Positions 8,421-17,234 of a stretch of 29,757 nucleotides of DNA are shown one piece after another. Below the pieces are notes generated by a model that was not told the origin of the DNA, ran no database searches, and saw nothing but the letters and a program-made list of their open reading frames with translations. The position numbers and the translations under genes are program-made. The stretch's first letter is position 1; every line of letters starts with the position of its first letter. Origin of the DNA: Patescibacteria group bacterium (GTDB lineage: Bacteria; Patescibacteriota; Minisyncoccia; Minisyncoccales; DG-74-1); contig JASEJL010000001.1 of assembly GCA_030016465.1 (NCBI GenBank), positions 1 through 29,757 on the forward strand. The letters are read 5' to 3'.

Positions 8421-9623
8421 GTGAAAATCAACACCAATCCTGAAAAAATTCAAGAGATTTTAACAAAAGGAGTAGAGAGAGTTATTGAAAAGAAAAGTCT
8501 AATAAAAAAATTGCAATCTGGGAGACAACTGCGGATTAAGTTTGGTATCGATCCGACAGCCCCCGACCTTCATTTAGGCAACGCGGTTATTTTATGGAAA
8601 TTGAGAGAATTTCAAAAGCTCGGGCATAAAATTATTTTTATTATTGGTGACTTTACTGCCCGGATTGGCGATCCTTCTGGAAGATTAGATGCCAGAAAAA
8701 TGCTTAGCGAAAAAGAAATAAAGGAAAATATGAAAACTTATAAGAAACAGATAGGAAAAATTTTGGACCTACGAAAGCTCAAGCTGGTTTACAATAGTTG
8801 CCATCTGGCCAAACTGAACCTTAGCGAAATTTACCGAATTTTTCATTTCTTCAGCGTCAACCAAATACTGGAAAGAGATATGTTTCAGGAAAGAAGAAGA
8901 AAAGAAAAACCTATTTGGCTTCATGAGTTTTTTTATCCCGTGCTTCAAGGCTATGATTCGGTGGCTGTTAAAGCGGACGTGGAACTTGGAGGAAGCGATC
9001 AGCTTTTTAATATGATAATGGGTAGACATCTTCAGCCATACTTCAAACAGCTTCCCCAAGACATTGTGACCATGAAGCTTTTGGTTGGGACTGATGGTAG
9101 AAAAAAAATGAGCAAGAGTTTTGGAAATTACATCGGTATCCAAGAGTCCCCTGAACAACAGTATGGGAAAATTATGTCAATAAAGGATGAGTTGATATTA
9201 GACTATTTCGAACTTTGCACTCAACTTCCTCTAAAAGAAATCAGAAGAATTGCCATCGACTTAAGAGATAAAAAAATAAATCCCCGAGACTTAAAGGCCC
9301 AATTGGCCCGAGAGATCGTTAGTCTTTATCACAAGAAAGCGGCGGCTAGAAGAGCTGAAAAAGAATTTGAGAGAATTTTCAAAGAAAAAAAATTACCGAA
9401 AAAAATTGCCGAAGTCAAAATTAAAGAAAAAACTTTAAACATTCTTGACTTATTAGTTAAAACAAGATTAGTTCTGTCAAAATCAGAAGCCAAAAGACTA
9501 ATTTTGCAAAGAGGAGTGAAAATTGATGGGAAAATTGAAACTGACTGGCAAAAGGTAATTGAAATAAAAAAAGACCAAGTCGTTCAGGTTGGGAAAAGAA
9601 AATTTATCAAGTTAATCAACTAA
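8421..9623 (+). CDS. tyrS: Tyrosyl-tRNA synthetase
   Basis: GIDPTAPDLHLGN (HIGH-like), GDPSGR, YPVLQGYDS, ELGGSDQLFN, KMSKS, C-terminal S4 domain. Confidence 0.97.
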   Translation: MKINTNPEKIQEILTKGVERVIEKKSLIKKLQSGRQLRIKFGIDPTAPDLHLGNAVILWKLREFQKLGHKIIFIIGDFTARIGDPSGRLDARKMLSEKEIKENMKTYKKQIGKILDLRKLKLVYNSCHLAKLNLSEIYRIFHFFSVNQILERDMFQERRRKEKPIWLHEFFYPVLQGYDSVAVKADVELGGSDQLFNMIMGRHLQPYFKQLPQDIVTMKLLVGTDGRKKMSKSFGNYIGIQESPEQQYGKIMSIKDELILDYFELCTQLPLKEIRRIAIDLRDKKINPRDLKAQLAREIVSLYHKKAAARRAEKEFERIFKEKKLPKKIAEVKIKEKTLNILDLLVKTRLVLSKSEAKRLILQRGVKIDGKIETDWQKVIEIKKDQVVQVGKRKFIKLIN

Positions 9624-9624
9624 T

Positions 9625-9733
9625 CCCCTCACCAATCTCAGTAGAGAAAATTGCATTACTTTTTACCAAAAACGAAATTCACTTTTCTCTTTGAAAGTGG
9701 TATACCGCTTTCTTTAAAAAGATTGGTGAGGGG
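9625..9733. mobile_element. MITE-like 109-bp element with 14-bp perfect terminal inverted repeats and a TAAT target-site duplication
   Basis: CCCCTCACCAATCT (9625-9638) and AGATTGGTGAGGGG (9720-9733); TAAT at both 9621-9624 and 9734-9737; two internal stems. Confidence 0.65.
9693..9712 (+). terminator. Hairpin that may terminate tyrS transcription (inside the MITE-like element)
   Basis: GAAAGTGG-TATA-CCGCTTTC forms an 8-bp stem with one U-G pair and is followed by only TTT. Confidence 0.35.
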
Positions 9734-9793
9734 TAATTTTTTACTTTAATTCCTTTTTTAACTTCTCTTTTTTTAACTTCTCTTTTTCAGATT

Positions 9794-9901
9794 CTATACT
9801 TCGTCTCCTCCTCCTTCTTCTTCTGTTGGTTCGTCTGTTGTTAGTTCTTCCGTGTCGTCTTGATTAGTAACAGGAGTGAAGATTTTTTCTTCGTAAATCA
9901 T
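9794..9901 (-). CDS. Small acidic hypothetical protein (35 aa)
   Basis: MIYEEKIFTPVTNQDDTEELTTDEPTEEEGGGDEV*. It has its own consensus promoter and an upstream AAAGGTCG motif. It is below the ORF-track length cutoff. Confidence 0.6.
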   Translation of the reverse strand: MIYEEKIFTPVTNQDDTEELTTDEPTEEEGGGDEV

Positions 9902-9978
9902 AATTAATTTAATTATTCTTTACCTAATTGTTTTCGACCTTTTAATTCACCCTAAAGTATTCTTCAGGGTCTAAAGGT

Positions 9979-10006
9979 ATTATAGTTTACCAAAAAATCT
10001 TGTCAA
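9979..10006 (-). promoter_or_regulatory. Consensus sigma70 promoter for the small acidic ORF
   Basis: TTGACA (10006-10001), 16-nt spacer, TATAAT (9984-9979) on the minus strand. Confidence 0.7.
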
Positions 10007-10022
10007 GTCTTTCCCTTCTTTT

Positions 10023-10787
10023 TTATTTTGAGATCAATCTTTTCTTTTCCGAATTTTTTTTCTTAGTTTTGGCAGGGGGAGTCAAACTTCTTATTTTTAG
10101 GTTAAAACGTTCAAATTCCTTAGATTTCCAATTTAAACGATATATGTCCCATTTTTTATTTAACCTCCGAATCCAAATCTCATAAAAAGTTTTTTTTACC
10201 TAATATTATCACCATTTTATTTCTTATTATCCTTTCTCTTTCCTTCTTAGAAACAATACTTTAAAAAAAGAGCGAGAAGTCTTAACTTGGATATATCTAT
10301 CCTCCACTATTTTTCTGGTAGAAAAGCTGTCTCTAAGACCAAGAATATCAAATATGCCTTGGGATCGCGGAGCGCGATAAATAACGTGAAAGCCCATTTT
10401 TTTAAAATAGATATCGCTTTATATTCAAATCCTCTTCCTTTTATATAAAGATAACCAAGTTTCGGTCTACATTTTTGAGAGCAGTATTTTGTTTTTCGCT
10501 CCTTTTTATGAATCGTCGTCCACATGTTTTACAAATACCTATTTTACTGAAATTTCCATATTTATACTGTGGAGCAGCGCGACCCAATTTTGAAGTAGTT
10601 TCATATTTAGCTCTACATTTTCTATTACAAAAAAATAACCTGTTTTTATTTTTATTAATTTTAGGTTGCCGTCTTTTTAATTTTTTTGCACATTGACTAC
10701 AAAAAACAGTTGTTTTTCCACTTTGCCAGGTAGGATTTCTTTTTTCTGTCGGCTTTGGATTTTTTTATCTCTTTTGAACATTAGCAT
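10023..10787 (-). pseudogene. Frameshifted Zn-finger plus Hjc-like PD-(D/E)xK nuclease
   Basis: Stitched frames read RNPTWQSG..FCSQC..FFCNRKC..ICKTC..KYCSQKC..KGRGFEYKAISILKK/MGFHVIYRAPRSQGIFDILG..YIQVKTS. At least 5 frameshifts, mostly in A/T runs. Confidence 0.75.
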
Positions 10788-10797
10788 CTTTTAAAAC

Positions 10798-11532
10798 TCA
10801 CGGTTTTAGATTCGAATAAATTTCTTGAACAGCTTCATTTTCATCAAGAGCTTCAAAAAGTTTTTGACAGTCCTTTTTTTGTTGCTCATTTAATTCAATC
10901 ATTTCTTTAGCTACCCAATCTAGAGAAACTGACTCAATTGTAATTTTTTTCTCTTCTAAATTTTTCTTTACTTTTTCTAACTCCTCGGGTTTGGTATAAA
11001 CATTCAAAAGATCATTATGCCAATAAATATCAGTGGCTCCTGCTTCAATTGCCGTCAATTCCAATTGTTCTTTTGTTTGAAAATTAGAAATCGGAAGTTG
11101 GAGATTTACTGTTATACAACCTTTTCTTTCAAACATCCATTTTACCGCCCCTTCGCCAACTAATTTTCCACCGTTTTGATTCAAAATCTGCTTTATCTCT
11201 CCCAAGGTGCGATTTTTGTTATCAGTAATTCCTTCAATAATAATTGCTACCCCTGCCGGGCCATAAGCTTCAAATGTTACTTCTTCCAGTTTCTCTCCTG
11301 GTAGTTCGCCGCTAGCTCTTTTAATTGCTCGTTCAATATTTTCTTTTGGAAGATTACAGTTTTTAGCAGTTTCAATGGCTAGTCTTAATTTAGAGTTAGT
11401 TTCTGGATTTGGTCCGCCTGCTTTTACAGCAACCGAAATTAACCGGGCTATTTTGGAAAAAATCTGTGCCCTTTTTTTATCGCTGGCTTCTTTGATTCTT
11501 CTAACAGTTTTGCTATGACTATGACCACTCAT
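10798..11532 (-). CDS. yebC: YebC/PmpR family protein
   Basis: MSGHSHSKT, FEAYGPAGVAIIIEGITDNKNRT, EAVQEIYSN. Confidence 0.96.
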   Translation of the reverse strand: MSGHSHSKTVRRIKEASDKKRAQIFSKIARLISVAVKAGGPNPETNSKLRLAIETAKNCNLPKENIERAIKRASGELPGEKLEEVTFEAYGPAGVAIIIEGITDNKNRTLGEIKQILNQNGGKLVGEGAVKWMFERKGCITVNLQLPISNFQTKEQLELTAIEAGATDIYWHNDLLNVYTKPEELEKVKKNLEEKKITIESVSLDWVAKEMIELNEQQKKDCQKLFEALDENEAVQEIYSNLKP

Positions 11533-11553
11533 GTTTTAATTTTAATTTATTTT

Positions 11554-12330
11554 TTAATCTTTTTTAAGTATTAAAATTATCACTCCGGAGAAAGTTGCGA
11601 TGATTAAGGCAGTTAGAAAAACAAAAAGATATTTCGGAATTTCTCTGCCTAAAGATTTTTGCTCAAAAGGTTCGAGGGTTGCCGCTAATCTCTTTTTAAG
11701 AAATTCGGTTTTTTCGATTTTCGGTTCAATTTCTTTGATTTCTTGAGTCAAGATAATATTTTCTAAATCAGGAGTTAAAATTGTCCCGAAAGATAAATTA
11801 TTGGTTCAGACCTTATTGGCAATTCTAATTGAGATTCTGACTGAGTTTCTTTTTTGGCAAGAGTTTTCGTTTTGGGCTAAGAGGATTCAAAAGAGAGATA
11901 TAAATCAAAATCTTGGCTATTATTGTTTGTGTTTTGATAGTTTTCGTTCAACGATTTTGTTTTTAATTGTTGATTTTTCAATGGGTTTTCTGGAAAAGAC
12001 AAACCTTCAACAAAAGGTTTTTGGCTTTCTCCCCAGGCCAGAGCATCAAGTTATACCTTCTGGATTTAACAGAGCAATACTATTATTTTTTGCTAAAGTG
12101 GCCTTGCTCCAGACATTGGCGCCAACAGCAAGATGGAAATTGTCTTTAGAATTAGCCCAGAGAAAATAACCTTTGGCTGGAATTTTGCTTTGCTGGGGAA
12201 AGACCCGAATTGAAGATTCACTACCGCTGGCTACTCTTTTTCTTAATTTATAGCCAGCAATATTTAAATCTTCATTTGAAAGGTTATAAATTTTTATAAA
12301 ATCATCAGAAGATTTCTCTCCTCTATGTAC
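11554..12330 (-). pseudogene. Decayed lamin-tail-domain (LTD) surface protein with a C-terminal membrane anchor
   Basis: Stitched reading GEKSSDDFIKIYNLSNEDLNIAGYKLRK..KGYFLWAN..NNSIALLNPEG/LDALAWG..QNTNNNSQDF. Frameshift near 12051, in-frame TAG near 11878, another shift near 11780, no start codon. The 65-aa ORF at 11554-11751 is the TM tail. Confidence 0.7.
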
Positions 12331-12346
12331 CGAGTGCGAACAAGGC

Positions 12347-12375
12347 TTGACAAAATTTCCATAATGTTATATTAT
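12347..12375 (+). promoter_or_regulatory. Sigma70-type promoter for the orphan structured RNA
   Basis: TTGACA (12347-12352), 17-nt spacer, TATTAT (12370-12375). No plus-strand CDS follows. Confidence 0.6.
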
Positions 12376-12384
12376 TATACTATT

Positions 12385-12514
12385 AAGTTAGCCCGGAGCT
12401 GAGGGTAAGGATTTCTTTTAGCTCGGATGGTCTGGCAAAAGCGAGGCCTCTCCTCGGAGAAGTCCTAAAGCTTTAGTCCTATACTAAGTACTGCCCTCGG
12501 CTCCGGGCTAATTT
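12385..12514 (+). ncRNA. Unassigned structured RNA of about 130 nt
   Basis: 20-bp closing stem (12388-12407 with 12492-12511), 9-bp inner stem (12408-12416 with 12458-12466) and an apical hairpin. Every non-Watson-Crick position in the two long stems is U-G on the plus strand. Confidence 0.7.
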
Positions 12515-12525
12515 TATGGGAAGTA

Positions 12526-13830
12526 TTATATTTGTGCCACTCTTTCCACTTCTTCAATCGTGGTAATTCCTTCTAAAACTTTAATTAGTCCATCTTGATA
12601 CATTAAGACCATTCCTTTCTTTATTGCCAATTCCCTCATATCAACAATGGAAGGAGAAGTTAAGATAAATCTTTCCATTTCATCGTCAACCAAAAACGTC
12701 TCATAAATGCCAATTCTCCCCCGATAACCGGTAAAATTACAATCTGGACAACCTTTTGTTTTAGGAATTTTCAACTTCGGGTTTAAAAAAGAAGGAGGCA
12801 AAATTTCTTTTCTAACCCTTTTTAAACTTTCTTTTAATTTTTTAAGTTCAGTTGGCGAAGGAAAGATAAACTCAACACATTTTTTACAAACCTTTCTTGG
12901 TAATCTCTGAGCAACAATCATATTGATAGCCGGCGCAATTGAAACCGGTCTAACTCCTAAATCAATCAATCTGGCTACCGCTCCGGCTGCATCATTGGTA
13001 TGCAGGGTGGAGAAAACCAAATGTCCGGTCAAAGCCGCTTGCAAAGCGATTTCAGCTGTTTCCTTATCTCTAATTTCTCCCACCAAAACAACATCAGGGT
13101 CCTGTCTCATAATTGACCTTAAGCCGTTAGCAAAAGTATACCCTTTCGAAGGATCAACCTGGGTTTGGGAAAGTCCTTCTAAATGGTATTCCACTGGGTC
13201 TTCAATGGTAATAATTTTAATTTCTGGTTTATTTATTTTTTTTAAAATAGCATAGAGGGTGGTGGTTTTTCCTGAACCAGTGGGACCGGTCACAATAATC
13301 ATACCATTTGGTCTTTTAATTTCCTTATTGAATATTTCCGCGATATCTTTTCTTAAACCTAGAGCTTCTATCTCAATTAGGTTTTTGGGGTTTAAAATTC
13401 TTAAAACAATAGTTTCTCCATATTCAGCTGGTAGGGTTGAAGCTCTAATTTCAATCGTTGTTTCTGCCATCAAAATAGTAAATCGGCCATCTTGGGGCCG
13501 GTTAGTGACATTTAATTTAAGTCCGGAAAGAAGTTTAATTCTTGAAAGAAGAGCTTTGTAGACTTTTAAATCAAAAATTATGATATCGTGCAAGATTCCA
13601 TCAATTCTTATTCTTAGTTTGGCTTTTTTTTCTTCTGGCTCAATATGAATATCAGAAGCGTCAAGAGAAATTGCTCCGGCCAAAATAGTCATCAGAAGTT
13701 CAGTAACTGAAGCAGTCAAGAGTTGTTCAGTTTTTTTTCCAAAAGTAGAGATATTTTTAACCTCTTTTTGGATTTCAGTGAGTTTAGTCAGAGAGATTTT
13801 TACTTCTCCGGTAATTTTCTCTCTTTCCAT
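12526..13830 (-). CDS. pilB: Type IV pilus / type II secretion assembly ATPase (PilB/GspE family), lacking the long N-terminal domain
   Basis: ASDIHIEP, PQDGR, Walker A GPTGSGKTTT, TIEDPVEY, RQDPDVVLVGEIRD, Zn motif CKKC..CPDC, GYRGR. Confidence 0.9.
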   Translation of the reverse strand: MEREKITGEVKISLTKLTEIQKEVKNISTFGKKTEQLLTASVTELLMTILAGAISLDASDIHIEPEEKKAKLRIRIDGILHDIIIFDLKVYKALLSRIKLLSGLKLNVTNRPQDGRFTILMAETTIEIRASTLPAEYGETIVLRILNPKNLIEIEALGLRKDIAEIFNKEIKRPNGMIIVTGPTGSGKTTTLYAILKKINKPEIKIITIEDPVEYHLEGLSQTQVDPSKGYTFANGLRSIMRQDPDVVLVGEIRDKETAEIALQAALTGHLVFSTLHTNDAAGAVARLIDLGVRPVSIAPAINMIVAQRLPRKVCKKCVEFIFPSPTELKKLKESLKRVRKEILPPSFLNPKLKIPKTKGCPDCNFTGYRGRIGIYETFLVDDEMERFILTSPSIVDMRELAIKKGMVLMYQDGLIKVLEGITTIEEVERVAQI

Positions 13831-13888
13831 AAATTTTAATTTCCTTTAAGATAATAATAGTTATTTTAGATTATCCTATTTTTTTAAA

Positions 13889-14347
13889 ATGGTCAAATTT
13901 TATTTAACAACTCATTCTTCCCAAACAAAAAAATTGGGAGAAAATTTAGCTAAAGAAATTCTTAAAACCAGAACTAAAAAGAAAACCTTAATTATTGGTC
14001 TGGAAGGAGAGCTGGGTGGAGGCAAAACAACTTTCCTTCAGGGATTCGCCCGAGGCTTGGGAATAAAGGAGAAAATACTAAGCCCAACTTTCGTTATTAT
14101 AAAAAAATTTTCAATTTTCAATTTTCAATTTTCAAATTTTTATCACGTTGATTGTTATCGTCTAGAAAAACCAAACGAAATTTTAAATTTAGGATTCAAA
14201 AAGATTATTTCTAATCCTCAGAACATCGTAGCTATTGAATGGGCAGATAAAATTAAAAAAATTTTACCCAAAAACTCCATAATTTTAAAATTTAAATTCG
14301 TCAATAAAAATAGTCGGAAAATATGGTTGATGAAAAGAAAAAATTAA
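13889..14347 (+). CDS. tsaE: tRNA t6A biosynthesis ATPase TsaE
   Basis: LEGELGGGKTTF, SPTF, YHVDCYRL, IEWAD. Confidence 0.95.
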   Translation: MVKFYLTTHSSQTKKLGENLAKEILKTRTKKKTLIIGLEGELGGGKTTFLQGFARGLGIKEKILSPTFVIIKKFSIFNFQFSNFYHVDCYRLEKPNEILNLGFKKIISNPQNIVAIEWADKIKKILPKNSIILKFKFVNKNSRKIWLMKRKN

Positions 14348-15327
14348 TTATTATTGATTCTAATTCTATTATTCATCGGACTTATCACGCTCTGCCGCCT
14401 TTGACGACAAAAAAAGGAGAGAAGGTTTCCGCGGTTTATGGATTTTTATTGGTCTTTTTTAAAGTCATAAAAGAATTTCAGCCAGATTTTATTGCCGCCA
14501 CTTTTGATTTCCCAGCTCCTACTTTTCGTCACAAAAAATTTAAAGAATACAAAGCCAAGCGTCCGCCAGCACCAGAAGAACTTTATCAGCAAATTCCCAA
14601 AGTCAAAGAAGTTTTAAAAGCTTTCAATGTTCCTATTTTTGAAAAAGAGGGTTTTGAGGCAGATGATATTATTGGAACCATTGCCAAAGCAGCTCCTAAA
14701 AAACAAGCTATTCCGCCGATAGAAACTATCATTTTAAGTGGCGATTTAGATACTTTACAGTTAGTTAATGAGAAAACCAAAGTTTATACTTTAAGAAAAG
14801 GAGTGAAAGATATTGTTTTCTATGATAAAATCGAAGTTGAGAAAAAATACGGGATTTTGCCCAATCAACTTCTTGATTTTAAGGCCTTAAGAGGGGATCC
14901 ATCTGATAACATTCCAGGAGTGACTGGAATAGGCGAAAAAACAGCAATAGAGCTAATTAAAGAATTTGGAAGTTTGGAGAATTTATATAAAGAGCTCGAA
15001 GATTCATCCCAAAAAACCAAAAAACTTAAACCTAAATTAAGAGAAATCTTACTGAAATATAAAGAGCAAGCTTTTTTTAGCAAAGCCTTGGCTAAAATAG
15101 AAAAAGATGTGCCAGTTGATTTTAATTTGAAGAAATGCCAATGGGAGAAAAAATATAATAGAAAAAGAATAACTCAAATTTTAAAAAGATTAGAATTTCA
15201 GACCTTAATTAAAAGATTGCCAGAACTTACAAAATCTAAACAAAATGGTAAAATAAAAAAAGTAAACGTCGATCAACCCCGAAGCAAAATAAATTTGCAA
15301 CAGGACAGGCAAAAAACACTATTTTAA
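14323..15327 (+). CDS. Stand-alone 5'-3' exonuclease/flap endonuclease (PolA N-terminal domain)
   Basis: IDSNSIIHRTYHA, YKAKR, EADDIIGT, SGDLD, GDPSDNIPGVTGIGEKTA. No polymerase domain. Confidence 0.93.
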   Translation: MVDEKKKLIIIDSNSIIHRTYHALPPLTTKKGEKVSAVYGFLLVFFKVIKEFQPDFIAATFDFPAPTFRHKKFKEYKAKRPPAPEELYQQIPKVKEVLKAFNVPIFEKEGFEADDIIGTIAKAAPKKQAIPPIETIILSGDLDTLQLVNEKTKVYTLRKGVKDIVFYDKIEVEKKYGILPNQLLDFKALRGDPSDNIPGVTGIGEKTAIELIKEFGSLENLYKELEDSSQKTKKLKPKLREILLKYKEQAFFSKALAKIEKDVPVDFNLKKCQWEKKYNRKRITQILKRLEFQTLIKRLPELTKSKQNGKIKKVNVDQPRSKINLQQDRQKTLF

Positions 15328-15338
15328 TTAATAAATAA

Positions 15339-15871
15339 CTAACTATACCAAAAGAATTATCAGAGGAAGCTCAGTGGTTTTTAAGAAATCTTCAAAAGCT
15401 TCAAGATGATTTTGCTGAAAAGGAAATTTGGTAACTAAAATGAGTGGAGCTCAAAGAGTTTGTAAACTGATTATGGCCACTGAAGAAGGAAAGAAAAAGT
15501 GTGAAGAATGTTATAAGATGGCGCTTTCATTGGTAAGGACCCAAAAAGAATCGGCATTTATAGACTGTTATGCTGGTTACGCTTCCTTATGGGTACCAAT
15601 TAAGGTAAAAGGAGAAATTGTTGATTCCATTACTGGTTGCGGCGGAAGGTATGATCGAGGGGAAAACAAAGAGGAATTAATAGAAAAATATTCAAAATTA
15701 GCTGATCAGTTAGGGGTTGAGAATAAAGATGATTTTCTAAAAGCTAGTATTGATGAAATTAAACCAGTTACTGAAAAAGAAGTGAAAAAAAGAGCAGAAA
15801 GACTCTCAAAATTAGTTGGAATTTTAGCTGAAGAAACCGCCTTCAGCGAAGTATTCAGAATTGAAGAATAA
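15339..15871 (+). pseudogene. Stand-alone PocR ligand-binding domain, 5' part disrupted
   Basis: The ORF 15428-15871 has the PocR-type C...C...C H/Y-AG pattern (RVCKLI..KKCEEC..DCYAG). The missing N-terminal LQKLQDDFAEK lies upstream in another frame (15339-15424) and has no start codon. Confidence 0.65.
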
Positions 15872-15931
15872 AGATACTCCTTTGTAATAGTTAACTTGAA
15901 TTCTTCTTTTGAAAAGGAGGAAAATTTTTAA

Positions 15932-16290
15932 ATGGAAATAGAATTAAGGAAAATAAAAATATCCTTTCTTTTTGATTCGATTGCCAGAGAATACAATGGT
16001 TACATGAAAAAACCGGCCATCAAAGAACTCAAGAGAAAATCCTTCAGAAACTTTATGGGAAAATAAATGAGAAAGTGCTTGATTGATATAGCTACCGGAA
16101 CGGGACTTTTGGCTTTAAAGATAAAGACGAATTGTCTAAAAATTGAAGTCACTGGAATGATATCTCAGAGGAAATGATTAAGGAGGCAAAAAGAAAAAGC
16201 CAAAGAGCAAGGTTAAAAATTAATTTTTTGGTAGCCGATGTCGAAAAATTAAATTTTCCAGATAAATCATTTGATAGGATAATTTGTTTC
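15932..16290 (+). pseudogene. Class I SAM-dependent methyltransferase (UbiE/MenG-like) remnant
   Basis: Stitched reading FDSIAREY..IDIATGTGLLA..DISEEMIKEAK..VADVEKLNFPDKSFD. It has frameshifts and is truncated by the repeat starting at 16288. AGGAGG lies upstream. Confidence 0.75.
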
Positions 16291-16518
16291 TTGTATAGCA
16301 ATTTCAATAATTCCTATATAAAAGCAGCTCTAATTTTACCATGTCAAAAAAGATAAAAAGATCACAAACTACTAAGCATTATTTAACCTTGGCAACACAG
16401 AGAGCAAAATAGTGCTTAGAACCAGCTAACTGAATGAGTGAGTTGTCAAAAGAAAATACTTCCCAAAATTAGCGCAAAATATTTCAAAATTTTCTAAAGG
16501 AAAAAATTTGCTTAGATG
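16288..16518. repeat. Dispersed repeat, copy 1 (inverted relative to 26087-26303)
   Basis: The first 71 nt match the reverse complement of 26233-26303 with 1 mismatch; similarity decays over the rest. Confidence 0.9.
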
Positions 16519-16583
16519 CGAGTTTATATTTTCTGCCCTGCAATTATGTTAGCTATAAATTAATTGTTGCTAGAGAATTAAAA

Positions 16584-17228
16584 ATGATACAATTAAAAAA
16601 AAAGATTGAGAGTATAAAAATAAACATGACCAAAAACCAAATTACTAAAGAAGAAATTGAAAAATTGATGAAAATTCCTGGTGAAATAAGAGGAGACGCA
16701 TTGATGGTTCTTCTTAATACCATAAAAGAAAAAGAAGGAGAAAAAGAAGCAGAGCTATTTAAAAAGAAAATGGGAGAATTAGGATTTTCTTTTGATAAGA
16801 TAGATTATCTAAAATGGTGTCCAGTAGGTTTTTTGGCAATATCTTTATTAATAATGAAGGAAATTTTTAATTGGGATGAAAAAGATTTTTTTGAGCTTGG
16901 GAATTTATCTTTTAAAATGGGCTTTATTCCCAGGATATTATCTAAATATTTTGCCTCTGTTTCAAGAATCCTTAAAGAAGCTCCAAAAATTTGGGCAAAA
17001 TTTCATACCTCTGGCAAATTAGAACTCTACCAACTCAATGAAAAAAAGAAATTTACTATTCTTCGTTTAAAGGAGTATAAAATTCATCCTCTGGTCTGTA
17101 ATGTTAATAGAGGTGCCTTTCTCCGGATTGCCCAGTATGTAATCAAAAGTAAAAAAATAACTATTGAGGAAACAAAATGTATGTTTAAAGGCGATCCCTA
17201 TCATGAATTTTTAATAAGATGGGAATAA
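16584..17228 (+). CDS. V4R-like (DUF2378-like) ligand-binding protein; the start may be ATG 16626
   Basis: C-terminal IEETKCMFKGDPYHEFLIRW resembles the V4R end motif; soluble protein directly upstream of the PAS gene. Confidence 0.6.
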   Translation: MIQLKKKIESIKINMTKNQITKEEIEKLMKIPGEIRGDALMVLLNTIKEKEGEKEAELFKKKMGELGFSFDKIDYLKWCPVGFLAISLLIMKEIFNWDEKDFFELGNLSFKMGFIPRILSKYFASVSRILKEAPKIWAKFHTSGKLELYQLNEKKKFTILRLKEYKIHPLVCNVNRGAFLRIAQYVIKSKKITIEETKCMFKGDPYHEFLIRWE

Positions 17229-17234
17229 TTAGAC

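Noticed and set aside
9754-9787. Short tandem repeat (TTTTTTAACTTCTCT-like, two copies)
   Set aside because: Low complexity and only two units; not a CRISPR array or an iteron set.
12385-12514. SRP (4.5S) RNA or simple terminator identity for the structured RNA
   Set aside because: It lacks the CAGG..GNRA..AGCA helix-8 motif. It is too long and branched for a terminator, and the wobble pairs favour the strand opposite to pilB.
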